Shown: one piece after another, positions 19,970 through 28,451 of the stretch
How the letters are laid out: the number at the start of each line of letters is the position of its first letter
How positions within the stretch are numbered: the stretch's first letter is position 1
Assembly (NCBI GenBank): GCA_964460955.1
Contig: CAYWRP010000002.1
Coordinates: 12,654 to 76,653, forward strand
DNA: 64,000 nucleotides
Direction of reading: 5' to 3'
Source of the DNA: an uncultured Rhodospirillaceae bacterium
GTDB lineage: Bacteria; Pseudomonadota; Alphaproteobacteria; Rhodospirillales; Defluviicoccaceae
Program-made: the position numbers and the translations under genes
Notes under the pieces: model-generated
Told to the model about the DNA's origin: nothing
Databases searched by the model: none
Seen by the model: the letters and a program-made list of their open reading frames with translations, nothing else

Positions 19970-20148
19970 CTCGCGTTGCTCTCAAGCGGGCGTGCCCACC
20001 GCTGGCCCTAATTGCCGCCCGCCGGGCCATTGTTTGACCCGGTCCTCGTCGTAAAAGGTTGCGCCGCGACGCCGGCTATTCTTAAAACCGAGAATAGTTC
20101 CAACGAAGCGTTTCGCAACGCCAAACCTGCGGAGAGGAGATATCCCCC

Positions 20149-21288
20149 ATGACGCGCGGATCGCAACGGCATGATTCCAGGCGGGGTTGGCTTGTCGCCT
20201 GGCTGGTCTGCGTCGCCTTCATGGTTTTCGCGATGGTTGTCATCGGCGGATTGACCCGACTGACCGGATCGGGGCTGTCGATGGTCGATTGGCGGCCGAT
20301 AACCGGCTGGTTGCCGCCGATGACGGAGGCCGAATGGCGGGCCGTTTTCGATGCGTATCGCCAGTTTCCCGAGTACCGGCACGTCAACACCGGCATGACG
20401 CTGGCGGAATTCAAGGGGATTTTCTGGCTGGAATACATTCACCGATTGTGGGGCCGCCTGATCGGTGTCGTCTTTTTCGTGCCGTTCGCCGTGTTCGCGG
20501 TCCGCGGCTGGATCGACCGTGCCCTGGCGTCGAGGCTGGCCGTGCTGTTCGTTCTCGGCGGGCTGCAGGGGCTTGTCGGCTGGCTGATGGTCAAGAGCGG
20601 GCTTGTCGACCGCCCGGAGGTCAGCCACTTTCGCCTGGCGGCGCATTTCGCGTTGGCGCTGGCCATCCACGGCGGGCTCGTTTGGATTATCCTCACGCTG
20701 CTGCGGCCTCCGGCGACGGCCGGAATGGCTCTGCCGGCGGCGACCGCCGCGCCGCGCCGGACCAGCCTCGTCGTCTGCGGGCTGGTTTTCGCCACCGCGC
20801 TGTACGGTGCTTTCGTCGCCGGCCTTGACGCGGGACTGGCATTCAACACCTTCCCGCTCATGGACGGCCGGTTCATCCCCGTCGGCGTGATCAGCGACGA
20901 TCCATGGTATGGCAATTTCTTCAATAACATCGCGACGGTCCAGTTCCTCCATCGGCTGCTCGCGTTCGTAACCCTGGGTGCGATCCTGGTTCTCGCTTGG
21001 CGATGCCGGCGGCCGGCGGGTGGTTCGCCGATGCTGCGCCTAGTTGGATCGGCGATGGTCGTCTGGGTGTTGATTCAGATCGGGCTCGGCGCGACAACCG
21101 TCGTCTTGGGCGTGCCGACCGCCGCCGCGTCGGCACATCAGGCGGGCGGCCTTGTATTATGGACACTGGCGCTTTGGGTGGCCTACGAAGCGCGCGATGC
21201 CGGCCGACGGCGGGATGCGGCGCCGGCCTGGCGGTCGCAACGGGTGGGTGCGTCGGTGCGCCCCGAGCAACCGCCGGCGATTCGATAG
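20149..21288 (+). CDS. ctaA: Heme A synthase (COX15/CtaA)
   Basis: GGLTRLTGSGLSM, EFKGIFWLEYIHRLWGR, RLAAH, QFLHR, ASAHQ (four conserved His); multi-TM; RBS GAGAGGAG. Confidence 0.94.
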   Translation: MTRGSQRHDSRRGWLVAWLVCVAFMVFAMVVIGGLTRLTGSGLSMVDWRPITGWLPPMTEAEWRAVFDAYRQFPEYRHVNTGMTLAEFKGIFWLEYIHRLWGRLIGVVFFVPFAVFAVRGWIDRALASRLAVLFVLGGLQGLVGWLMVKSGLVDRPEVSHFRLAAHFALALAIHGGLVWIILTLLRPPATAGMALPAATAAPRRTSLVVCGLVFATALYGAFVAGLDAGLAFNTFPLMDGRFIPVGVISDDPWYGNFFNNIATVQFLHRLLAFVTLGAILVLAWRCRRPAGGSPMLRLVGSAMVVWVLIQIGLGATTVVLGVPTAAASAHQAGGLVLWTLALWVAYEARDAGRRRDAAPAWRSQRVGASVRPEQPPAIR

Positions 21289-21484
21289 TCGGCGGCGTGT
21301 GCGATTTGTCGCAGATCCGTTCGCGATTTACCGATATACAGAGACTATATTCGAACTGGCGGAAACAGGGTTCCGGGTCGCAACCAAGGTGTCGCCAACC
21401 GCCGCCGGCGCGCCGGAACGACCTTGGCTCAGAAACGTGGAAGCGTGGAGAGTGAGGCTTAGGACGGGATATTTGATCAAGCGC

Positions 21485-22960
21485 ATGAAACTGATCCTTG
21501 CATGTTTTTTGACCCTTGGCGTCGGTTTCGGGGTTTTCCCGGCCCTCAACGCCTGCACCGATCACAGCGTTGGTGTCGAACGCTTCACGGAAGCGGTCGG
21601 CCTCGATCCGTATCAGGTTTCGGATGACGCCAATCAGGAACTCCGGCGGTTCGACACCGTTTTCGCGTTGTACGCGTCGGATCCCGGCAACACGCGTCAG
21701 CTGAAGCATTTCCGCGACGGCTTCAAACGCATTCGCAATGCCTATGTCGAGCCGGTGGATGAAGCGATCCTGATCAGCGCCGCGATCGAGGCGGTCGAGC
21801 ATGAGGAGCCGCAGCCCGCGTCCCTGCCGGCGCGGGTGATCGTCGGCCGCGCTCTCGATGCGATGACCGCGTCGCTCGATCCGCACTCCGACTATCTCGA
21901 TCCCGAGGAACTCGCCGAGACGGAGATGATCACCAGCGGCCGTTTCGGCGGTCTTGGCATCCAGGTGACGGAACAGGACGGGCTGATCAAGGTTATCGCG
22001 CCGATCGACGGCACGCCGGCCGCGCGGTCCGGGTTGCGTTCCGGCGACCTGATTACCCACCTCGACGGTCAATCGGTCCTGGATCTCAGTCTGCGCGAGT
22101 CGGTCAACTACATGCGTGGCGAACCGGGGACGAGCATCCGGCTGACCATCGACCGGAACGATCGGCGCCCCTTCGACGTCACCATCACCCGGGCGATTAT
22201 CGTCATCGAGCCGGTGCGGTGGCGGGTGGAGGGCGACATCGGCTATGTCCGCGTCGTCAGCTTTTCCAATAACGCCGCGCAACAGCTCGAGGAAGCGCTG
22301 CGCGACATCCGCACCCGCCTTGGCGATGATCTCGCGGGCTTGGTGCTCGATCTCCGCAACAATCCTGGCGGCCTTCTCGACCAGTCGTTGGCCGTCGCCG
22401 ATACCTTCCTCGTCGACGGGCCGATCGTCTCGGTGCGGGGGCGGGACGGTGACCGTGGCCGGGCATTCTCGGCCGGTGCCGGCGAGATTGGCGAGGATAT
22501 TCCCGTCGTCGTCCTCATCAACCGCGGCTCCGCGTCGGCGTCGGAGATCGTCGCCGCCGCCCTGCGCGATCACAAGCGGGCGACCGTCATCGGCACACGG
22601 TCGTTCGGCAAGGGCACCGTGCAGACGATGATGCGGCTTCCCGAGGAAGGGGCGCTGAAGCTGACGACCGCGCTCTACTACGGCCCCAGCGGGCGGACCA
22701 TTCAGGCCTTGGGCGTGCAGCCGCACATCCAGTTGACCGGCGGCGAGGAGATCGATGCCGACCTCGACGAAGCCCACCTGCCGAACGCTTTTCCGGCCGA
22801 GGAAACCGAGGTTGTCCAGCCGCAAGCCCGGGTGGATGTCGCCACCTGCCCTGCTATCGGCGACGAGGAGGATCGCCCGCTCGGCTGCGCCATCGCCATC
22901 CTCGAGGCGGGGTCGGCCGAACAATTCCTCGCCGCGCGCGGCATGTCGACAAAGCTATAG
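21485..22960 (+). CDS. S41 carboxyl-terminal processing protease
   Basis: LDPHSDY, FGGLGIQV PDZ domain, LDLRNNPGG, GSASASEIVA, GTRSFGKGTVQ (Ser/Lys dyad); start uncertain (GTG 21452 or ATG 21485). Confidence 0.92.
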   Translation: MKLILACFLTLGVGFGVFPALNACTDHSVGVERFTEAVGLDPYQVSDDANQELRRFDTVFALYASDPGNTRQLKHFRDGFKRIRNAYVEPVDEAILISAAIEAVEHEEPQPASLPARVIVGRALDAMTASLDPHSDYLDPEELAETEMITSGRFGGLGIQVTEQDGLIKVIAPIDGTPAARSGLRSGDLITHLDGQSVLDLSLRESVNYMRGEPGTSIRLTIDRNDRRPFDVTITRAIIVIEPVRWRVEGDIGYVRVVSFSNNAAQQLEEALRDIRTRLGDDLAGLVLDLRNNPGGLLDQSLAVADTFLVDGPIVSVRGRDGDRGRAFSAGAGEIGEDIPVVVLINRGSASASEIVAAALRDHKRATVIGTRSFGKGTVQTMMRLPEEGALKLTTALYYGPSGRTIQALGVQPHIQLTGGEEIDADLDEAHLPNAFPAEETEVVQPQARVDVATCPAIGDEEDRPLGCAIAILEAGSAEQFLAARGMSTKL

Positions 22961-23009
22961 GAGGGATGCCAACGCTCTACCGCGAATAGCGTGGCATGCG
23001 CGAAGATCT

Positions 23010-23591
23010 TCAGCGATCGTTGCGTCGTTCGGAGCGGAGCAGGGCACGTGTCGTCTGGCGGAGAAGAGCGGTGAACCGCGGATCGTTGCGCCCGTCGGCG
23101 CTCGTCACGTGGCCGGCGACCTGCGAGACGGCCTGGTCGTTGGCGCACAGGGTGGCGAGAATATCGACACGGCCATCCGCCTGCGGCGCGCCGCCCGGTT
23201 CCGGCGACGCGGTCTCGCAGGGCCGTCGATCCCCGCCGTTGAAGGAGACGAAGGCGCGCACCGATTTGTCACCCGCCGACGCCGCGCTGGTCGTATAGAC
23301 CGGCATCGCCGTCCAGGTGGTGGCCTGGGTCATTTCCGAGATGACGACGTCCACCAACGCCGTCGACGGGCCGCCGAATGGCGCGCCGCTAATCTCCACG
23401 TACAGGCCGCCCGCCGCCATCGGCGCCTGCACGAACCGCCAGACATCCCCGGTCTCGATCAGGGTGGCGGTGGTCGGCTGATCCTCGCAGGCCGTCGCCA
23501 TGACGGCGGCGAGCAACAGACCCGTAACGGCGAATATACGCTGGAAGGTCCTGCATTCGCGTCGTTTTAGCGGCGGAGAAGCTGCGTTCAT
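23010..23591 (-). CDS. Hypothetical lipoprotein
   Basis: Basic N-region, hydrophobic stretch and ATAC lipobox-like motif (GLLLAAVMATACEDQ); no family recognised. Confidence 0.65.
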   Translation of the reverse strand: MNAASPPLKRRECRTFQRIFAVTGLLLAAVMATACEDQPTTATLIETGDVWRFVQAPMAAGGLYVEISGAPFGGPSTALVDVVISEMTQATTWTAMPVYTTSAASAGDKSVRAFVSFNGGDRRPCETASPEPGGAPQADGRVDILATLCANDQAVSQVAGHVTSADGRNDPRFTALLRQTTRALLRSERRNDR

Positions 23592-23931
23592 GCTCGTCAA
23601 GACCCCTTCGTAAACTCGTTAAACGATGAGAAACAGTGATCGGGGCCGCCGACCTTCGCGTCGACCCGAACTTTTTCCCTAGCCGATGTTTCCGTCGCAT
23701 GCAACGCGCTCATCCTCTTGCCGTCGCGGTGATGAAGGCGTTTACTGGGCGCACGCTAACGATAAGGGGGTCGAATGGTCGCCGATGCGAAAACACTCAT
23801 TTTGGTGACCCGCGGCTTCTGCGATCAAAGCGGCTCATCTAGACGCAAGGCACGACGGTAAGCGATCTGAACGATAACCGCCGAAGGCACGAACAGGTGT
23901 GTGAAGCCGGGGATAGCGAGGGACATCGAGG

Positions 23932-24687
23932 ATGATGGTTAATCGGAAAGCGCTGACACGGCGAACGATCCTGGCCGGGCTCGGCTTGGCCGCCGCGGCG
24001 ACCGGCGTGGCCGGTCCGGCGGCGGCGTTCCCTGCCCGCCTCGCGTCACCCGCGCCGCGCCGGAGCGGCACATCGGCGATGCTGATCGCTTCGGGTGATA
24101 TCGCGGCGGGCTTGAAGGAAGCGCTGCGGGTCGGCACCGAAAAGGTGGTGGCGCAACTCGGCACCGATGGCGGGTTTCTCAACGATCCGGCGGTGCATAT
24201 CCCGCTGCCGCCGGGCCTGGAGCAGGTGCAGACGGCCCTCGGTACCGTTGGCATGGCTTCGCTCGCCGATGAGGTCGAGGTCAAGCTCAACGAGGCGGCG
24301 GAGGCGGCGACGCCAAAGGCGGAAGCGATCTTCATGGAGGCGATCAACGCCATGACGGTGGAGGACGCGACGGGCATTCTCAACGGCCCCGACGACGCGG
24401 CGACACAGTATTTCCGCGAGGCGATGTCTCCCAGCCTGAAAGAGGAGATGCGCCCCGTGGTCGACGCCAGTCTCAATGAGGTCGGCGCCGTGCAGGCCTA
24501 CGACGCGATGATCGCCGAGTATGAGACGATTCCGTTCATGCCCGACGCGAAAGCCGAACTCACCGACTACGGGCTGGAGCAAACCCTCGACGGAATCTTC
24601 TACTACGTCGCCGAGCAGGAACGCGCCATCCGCGCCAATCCGGCGGCGCGCACCACCGATCTGCTGAAGCAGGTATTCGGCGGCTAG
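23932..24687 (+). CDS. DUF4197 family protein with Tat-like signal
   Basis: LTRRTILAG twin-arginine signal; GLKEALRVG, GGFLNDPAVHIPLP, NEAAEAA, ILNGPDDAATQYF, IRANPAARTTDLLKQVFG. Confidence 0.88.
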   Translation: MMVNRKALTRRTILAGLGLAAAATGVAGPAAAFPARLASPAPRRSGTSAMLIASGDIAAGLKEALRVGTEKVVAQLGTDGGFLNDPAVHIPLPPGLEQVQTALGTVGMASLADEVEVKLNEAAEAATPKAEAIFMEAINAMTVEDATGILNGPDDAATQYFREAMSPSLKEEMRPVVDASLNEVGAVQAYDAMIAEYETIPFMPDAKAELTDYGLEQTLDGIFYYVAEQERAIRANPAARTTDLLKQVFGG

Positions 24688-24740
24688 GAACGTTTTGGTC
24701 AGCGCCTTTTCCGGAGCGGGACTGAGTCGAAGCGCCGTCG

Positions 24741-25391
24741 ATGCTGGAAACCGCCCTCGTCTCGTTCACCACCTTTTTCGTCACCGTCGGGCCGATCGAG
24801 GCGGCGGTCATCTTCGCCGCCCTGACGCGCGCCGCCAGCCGCCACCAGCGCCGCCTGATGGCCTTCAAGGCGGCCGTGATCGCGACGACCATCCTGCTCG
24901 TCTTCGCCTTCGTCGGCGAAATCCTTCTCGAACAGTTGGGCGTCTCGCTGGCCGCCTTGCGGGTCGCCGGCGGGATCATTCTGCTGCTGATCGGCATGGA
25001 CATGATCTTCGCCCGCGCGTCCGGCGGCCTGTCGCCGACCCCGACGGAAGCCGCGGAGGCCGGGCACAAGGACGATATCTCCGTTTTTCCCCTCGCCACG
25101 CCGCTGATCGCCGGCCCTGGCACCATGAGCGCGGCGATCCTCCTGGCGGCGAATACCGAGGGCGATGTGTTGCTGTTCGCTGTCGTCATCGCGGCGCTGC
25201 TGGTCGTCATGGCGATCACCCTGGCGCTGCTGCTCCTGGCGACGCACCTGCAGGAACTGCTCGGCGTCACGGCGAACATGGTGATCACGCGGGTGATGGG
25301 CATCCTGCTCGCGGCGTTGGCGGTGCAATCCATCATCGATGGCGTCGTGCAAAGCAAGCTGTACCCGGTGGGCGCCGGTGTTGTCGGTTAG
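24741..25391 (+). CDS. MarC-family integral membrane protein
   Basis: FFVTVGPIE, LRVAGGIILLLIG, VFPLATPLIAGPG, RVMGILLAALAVQ. Confidence 0.92.
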   Translation: MLETALVSFTTFFVTVGPIEAAVIFAALTRAASRHQRRLMAFKAAVIATTILLVFAFVGEILLEQLGVSLAALRVAGGIILLLIGMDMIFARASGGLSPTPTEAAEAGHKDDISVFPLATPLIAGPGTMSAAILLAANTEGDVLLFAVVIAALLVVMAITLALLLLATHLQELLGVTANMVITRVMGILLAALAVQSIIDGVVQSKLYPVGAGVVG

Positions 25392-25401
25392 AAGCGTGCC
25401 G

Positions 25402-25752
25402 ATGCTGACGATCCGTTTCGTCTCCTCCCGGCTCGACAAGACGGTGACGGTCGAGACAGCGGACGGCCCGCGCCCGACACTCCTCGCCATCGCCAAGCAG
25501 CATGGCGTCCCCGTCCTGTTCAATTGCCAATCGGGGGCGTGTGGCGCCTGCCTGGTTTCGGTCACCGATCCCTCCACCGATGCCGCCGGCTTGGCGCCGC
25601 CGGCGGATCAGGAGCGCCTTTTCCTCGCCGCCACCGACAACCTTCGGGTCGAACGGGGGGCCGATATCCCGCATTACCGTCTCGCCTGCGTGGCGACCCT
25701 CGGCGAGGGGAGTATCCTCGTTCGATTCTCGAACCGGGTTCGATTTACGTAA
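25402..25752 (+). CDS. 2Fe-2S ferredoxin
   Basis: NCQSGACGAC (CX4CX2C) plus distal RLAC; TLLAIAKQHGV. Confidence 0.88.
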   Translation: MLTIRFVSSRLDKTVTVETADGPRPTLLAIAKQHGVPVLFNCQSGACGACLVSVTDPSTDAAGLAPPADQERLFLAATDNLRVERGADIPHYRLACVATLGEGSILVRFSNRVRFT

Positions 25753-25757
25753 CTGCC

Positions 25758-26390
25758 CTACGCCTGGGCGCTGGGGCGGGCGCTGACGGCATGGTACCAG
25801 CGGCTTGCCCTGGCCGCCTCGGCGGGCAGGGTGATGTCGAGCCAGCCGGCAAAGTCGACCACCACCAGGGCGAGGATGTCGGCCGCCGTGAAGCGGTCGC
25901 CGGCGAGATAGTCCTGACCTTCCAGGAGGGTATCGAGATGGGCGAGAAAGCGCGCGGCGCGCACCTTGCCGCGCTCGGCGAGCGCCGGAATCTGCGCGTA
26001 GTCGTCGGGCCCGGTCAGCGCGCGGTCCTTCAACCGCGCCGCCGAATTGCGCAGCGCCTCGGCAATGGCGTTCCAGCCATCGCTTTCGATATGCCAGATG
26101 CGGTCGGCGATGACGGCCTTTTCCAGCGGCGTCGTCCCGAGAAGCGGCGGTTCGGGGTGGGTCTCCTCGAGGTAACGCCAGCAGGCCTGCGTCGAGGTGA
26201 GCCTGACACCCTCATCCGTCTCCAAGACGGGGACGGTACAGTGGGGATTGATCCGCCGGAAGTCCGGCGACAGGTGTTCGCCCTCGCGCAGCGCGACCTG
26301 CACCACCGGCACGTCGATCGCCTTTTCAGCCAGGAAAATGCGCACCAGGCGCGGGCTGGGCGCGGTCGAACAGTCATAGAATCGCATCAT
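25758..26390 (-). CDS. Glutathione S-transferase family protein
   Basis: APSPRLVRIFLAEK, INPHCTVPVLE, YLAGDRFTAADI. Confidence 0.92.
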   Translation of the reverse strand: MMRFYDCSTAPSPRLVRIFLAEKAIDVPVVQVALREGEHLSPDFRRINPHCTVPVLETDEGVRLTSTQACWRYLEETHPEPPLLGTTPLEKAVIADRIWHIESDGWNAIAEALRNSAARLKDRALTGPDDYAQIPALAERGKVRAARFLAHLDTLLEGQDYLAGDRFTAADILALVVVDFAGWLDITLPAEAARASRWYHAVSARPSAQA

Positions 26391-26437
26391 TCTGGCCTCC
26401 CTCTCATCTCCGCTGCGGCGAGATCCCTGCGTTATAG

Positions 26438-26454
26438 GGCGAACCAGGTGCCAA
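26438..26454 (-). promoter_or_regulatory. Candidate sigma54 -24/-12 promoter facing the GST gene
   Basis: Minus strand TTGGCACCTGGTTCGCC = GG-N10-GC with TGGCAC intact; three deviations from YTGGCACG-N4-TTGCW. Confidence 0.35.
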
Positions 26455-26563
26455 GCGGCGTCACGTTTCGGTTATGTCCGCCGCAAGGGGGCACGGCGTC
26501 TCCGCATCGCGCTGTCAAAAGCTGTACCCACTTGGCGCAGGCTGCCTCACCGGGGAACATTGG

Positions 26564-26579
26564 CAATCGGTACCGATTG
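26564..26579. promoter_or_regulatory. Perfect 16-bp palindrome (operator-like)
   Basis: CAATCGGTACCGATTG is its own reverse complement; lies in the divergent GST/ParB-like intergenic region. Confidence 0.6.
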
Positions 26580-26684
26580 ATCTGGAATCACATCCGTCGA
26601 TGACTTTTCCCGATCGAGATTTCATGATGCATGGATGGCAATGGTGCGGCATTCCGGGCGATGATGAGTCGAGGGGGATCGTGT

Positions 26685-27119
26685 ATGGACCGCGACAGTC
26701 CGGTCGAAGCGCCATCCGAGACCCGTTTCCCCCCGCGTCAGCGTGTCACCCGGGCGGAAGATCTCGACAAGATTGTCTTCGTCGATGACATGGCCGAGGT
26801 CGACGTGGCGGTTGACGCGCTGGATATCCTGCCGTTGAAAAACGCCGAGCGCAGCGACAGCGCGCGGTTGCGAAAACTGATGCATGCCATCCGTTTCCAT
26901 GGCTACAGCAGCGTCGAGCCGGTGATCGTCCGTGTCGGCCGCCAGGGGCGCTGGGTGGTTGTCGACGGCGGCCACCGGCTAACGGCGGCGCGTCGCGTCG
27001 CCGGCGAGTTCTTCGCCAACCTGTTCGGGCGCAAGGTTGGCGACATCCATTTCCTCGTCTATCGAACGCCCTTGAGCAAAACCGCCGCCGGCGCAACGGG
27101 GACCGACAGCGGCGAGTGA
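26685..27119 (+). CDS. Stand-alone ParB/Srx N-terminal-domain protein
   Basis: LRKLMHAIRFHGYSSVEPVIVR and WVVVDGGHRLTAA (ParB box I/II-like); no HTH; RBS GAGGGGG before ATG 26685 (ORF track start 26631). Confidence 0.78.
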   Translation: MDRDSPVEAPSETRFPPRQRVTRAEDLDKIVFVDDMAEVDVAVDALDILPLKNAERSDSARLRKLMHAIRFHGYSSVEPVIVRVGRQGRWVVVDGGHRLTAARRVAGEFFANLFGRKVGDIHFLVYRTPLSKTAAGATGTDSGE

Positions 27120-27147
27120 GCTTTGCCAAGCGGTTTCGCGGCGAGGG

Positions 27148-28005
27148 CTATGGTGCCGCGGCTTCCTCGGCCACCGCGAGGACTTCCTCCGGTGTCAGGC
27201 CGCGCTGGCGCAGGCTGCGAATGCTGAGGCCGTCGGCGCGCTTGGCCAGCCGCCGGCCCTCGGCGTCGCGGCAGAGCGGATGGTGATGCCAGGTCGGCGG
27301 CGCGAGGTCGAGGAGCGCGTAAAGCATGCGATGGATATGCGTCGCCTCGAACAGATCGTCGCCGCGGGTCACCAGGGTCACCCCCTGTGCCGCGTCGTCG
27401 ACGACCACCGCCAGGTGATAGCCGGTGCCGAGGTCCTTGCGCGCCAGGACGACATCGCCGGTCTGCGCCAGCGAGCACGTTTGCGCGCCATGGCGGCGAT
27501 CCGTCCAATCAAGGGGGCCGGCCAGGGCCTGCGCGCGGGCGCTGTCGAGGCGAATGGCGTAGCCGGACCCGTTCGCGAGCCGGCGTTGGCGCTCGTCCAC
27601 GGGAAGCGCCCGGCAGCGCCCGGGATAGATGTCCGCGCCATCGGTCGGTGAGCCGTGCGGGGCGCCCGCCGCGGCGGCGATTTCAGCCTGGATTTCCTTG
27701 CGTGTGCAAAAGCAGGGATAGGTGACGCCAACCGCTTCCAGGCGGGCGAGGGCGGCCCGGTAGTGCGCCAGGCGTTCGGATTGCCGCAAGACGGGTGTCT
27801 CCCAGCGCAAGCCCAGCCAAGCCAGGTCTTCGAGGTTGCGGGCGAGGTACGTCTCGTGGCAGCGCGCGCCATCGATATCCTCGACGCGGACGAGGAATCG
27901 GCCGCCCGCCCTCAGGGCCGCCTGATGGGCGAACACGGCCGAATAGGCGTGGCCGATATGCAGGTCGCCGGTGGGACTGGGCGCGAAGCGGGTGACGACC
28001 GTCAT
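27148..28005 (-). CDS. gluQ: tRNA glutamyl-Q(34) synthetase
   Basis: RFAPSPTGDLHIGH, RVEDID, Zn-site YPCFCTR, RGDDL, RLAKR; lacks the GltX anticodon-binding domain. Confidence 0.92.
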   Translation of the reverse strand: MTVVTRFAPSPTGDLHIGHAYSAVFAHQAALRAGGRFLVRVEDIDGARCHETYLARNLEDLAWLGLRWETPVLRQSERLAHYRAALARLEAVGVTYPCFCTRKEIQAEIAAAAGAPHGSPTDGADIYPGRCRALPVDERQRRLANGSGYAIRLDSARAQALAGPLDWTDRRHGAQTCSLAQTGDVVLARKDLGTGYHLAVVVDDAAQGVTLVTRGDDLFEATHIHRMLYALLDLAPPTWHHHPLCRDAEGRRLAKRADGLSIRSLRQRGLTPEEVLAVAEEAAAP

Positions 28006-28036
28006 CGCTGGGTCGCCGGCTGCGGTCCGCGCCCGC

Positions 28037-28339
28037 TCACTCGGTGGGGCGGGTTTCGAAGGCGGCTGTCTCCGGCGGCGGGCAGGGCTTTGGGGTCACC
28101 GCCGTGACATGCGCCGCCGGCGGCCCCTTCCAGCAGGCGGCGAGCATCGTCTCCACCGCCTCCGGCACGCCGGCGAAGACTGCTTCGACGGTGCCGTCGC
28201 TGCGGTTGCGTACCCAGCCGGCGAGACCCAGTTCGCGCGCGCAGTCGCTGGTCCAACCGCGGTACCAGACACCCTGCACGCGTCCTTCGATGCGCACGTG
28301 GACGGCTTTCGTCTCGTTGTCGTCGCTCGGTTTGCTCAT
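28037..28339 (-). CDS. acyP: Acylphosphatase
   Basis: IEGRVQGVWYR, GWVRNRSDGTVEA, WKGPPAAHV; start trimmed to ATG 28339. Confidence 0.93.
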   Translation of the reverse strand: MSKPSDDNETKAVHVRIEGRVQGVWYRGWTSDCARELGLAGWVRNRSDGTVEAVFAGVPEAVETMLAACWKGPPAAHVTAVTPKPCPPPETAAFETRPTE

Positions 28340-28362
28340 TCCCGTCTCGTCTCTGGTCGGCT

Positions 28363-28403
28363 TTGTTGCGCGCAGTGTTATCAATTCCGGCGGCGCGCAA
28401 CAA
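28363..28403. repeat. Perfect 11-bp inverted repeat (hairpin) between glpR and acyP
   Basis: TTGTTGCGCGC (28363-28373) / GCGCGCAACAA (28393-28403), 19-nt loop. Confidence 0.7.
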
Positions 28404-28451
28404 CCGCCGGCCGGCTGCTCGCCGGCGCCGCTCGGCGAAGCCTGAAGTCGA

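Noticed and set aside
19970-20148. Cobalamin riboswitch upstream of cobA
   Set aside because: No B12-box or GGGAA...GCCACTG core was seen.
21299-21314. TGCGA-N4-TCGCA palindrome as a RegR/PrrA box upstream of the S41 protease
   Set aside because: Short, and only a partial match to GCGGC-N5-GTCGC; not distinguishable from background.
23601-23931. 330-bp intergenic region as an sRNA or 40-aa ORF (MFPSHATRSS...)
   Set aside because: No RBS, no clear terminator and no recognisable RNA family; it serves divergent promoters.
26576-26592. FNR/CRP-like site TTGATCTGGAATCAC next to the 16-bp palindrome
   Set aside because: Half-site spacing is 5 nt rather than 4, and it does not fit CRP either.
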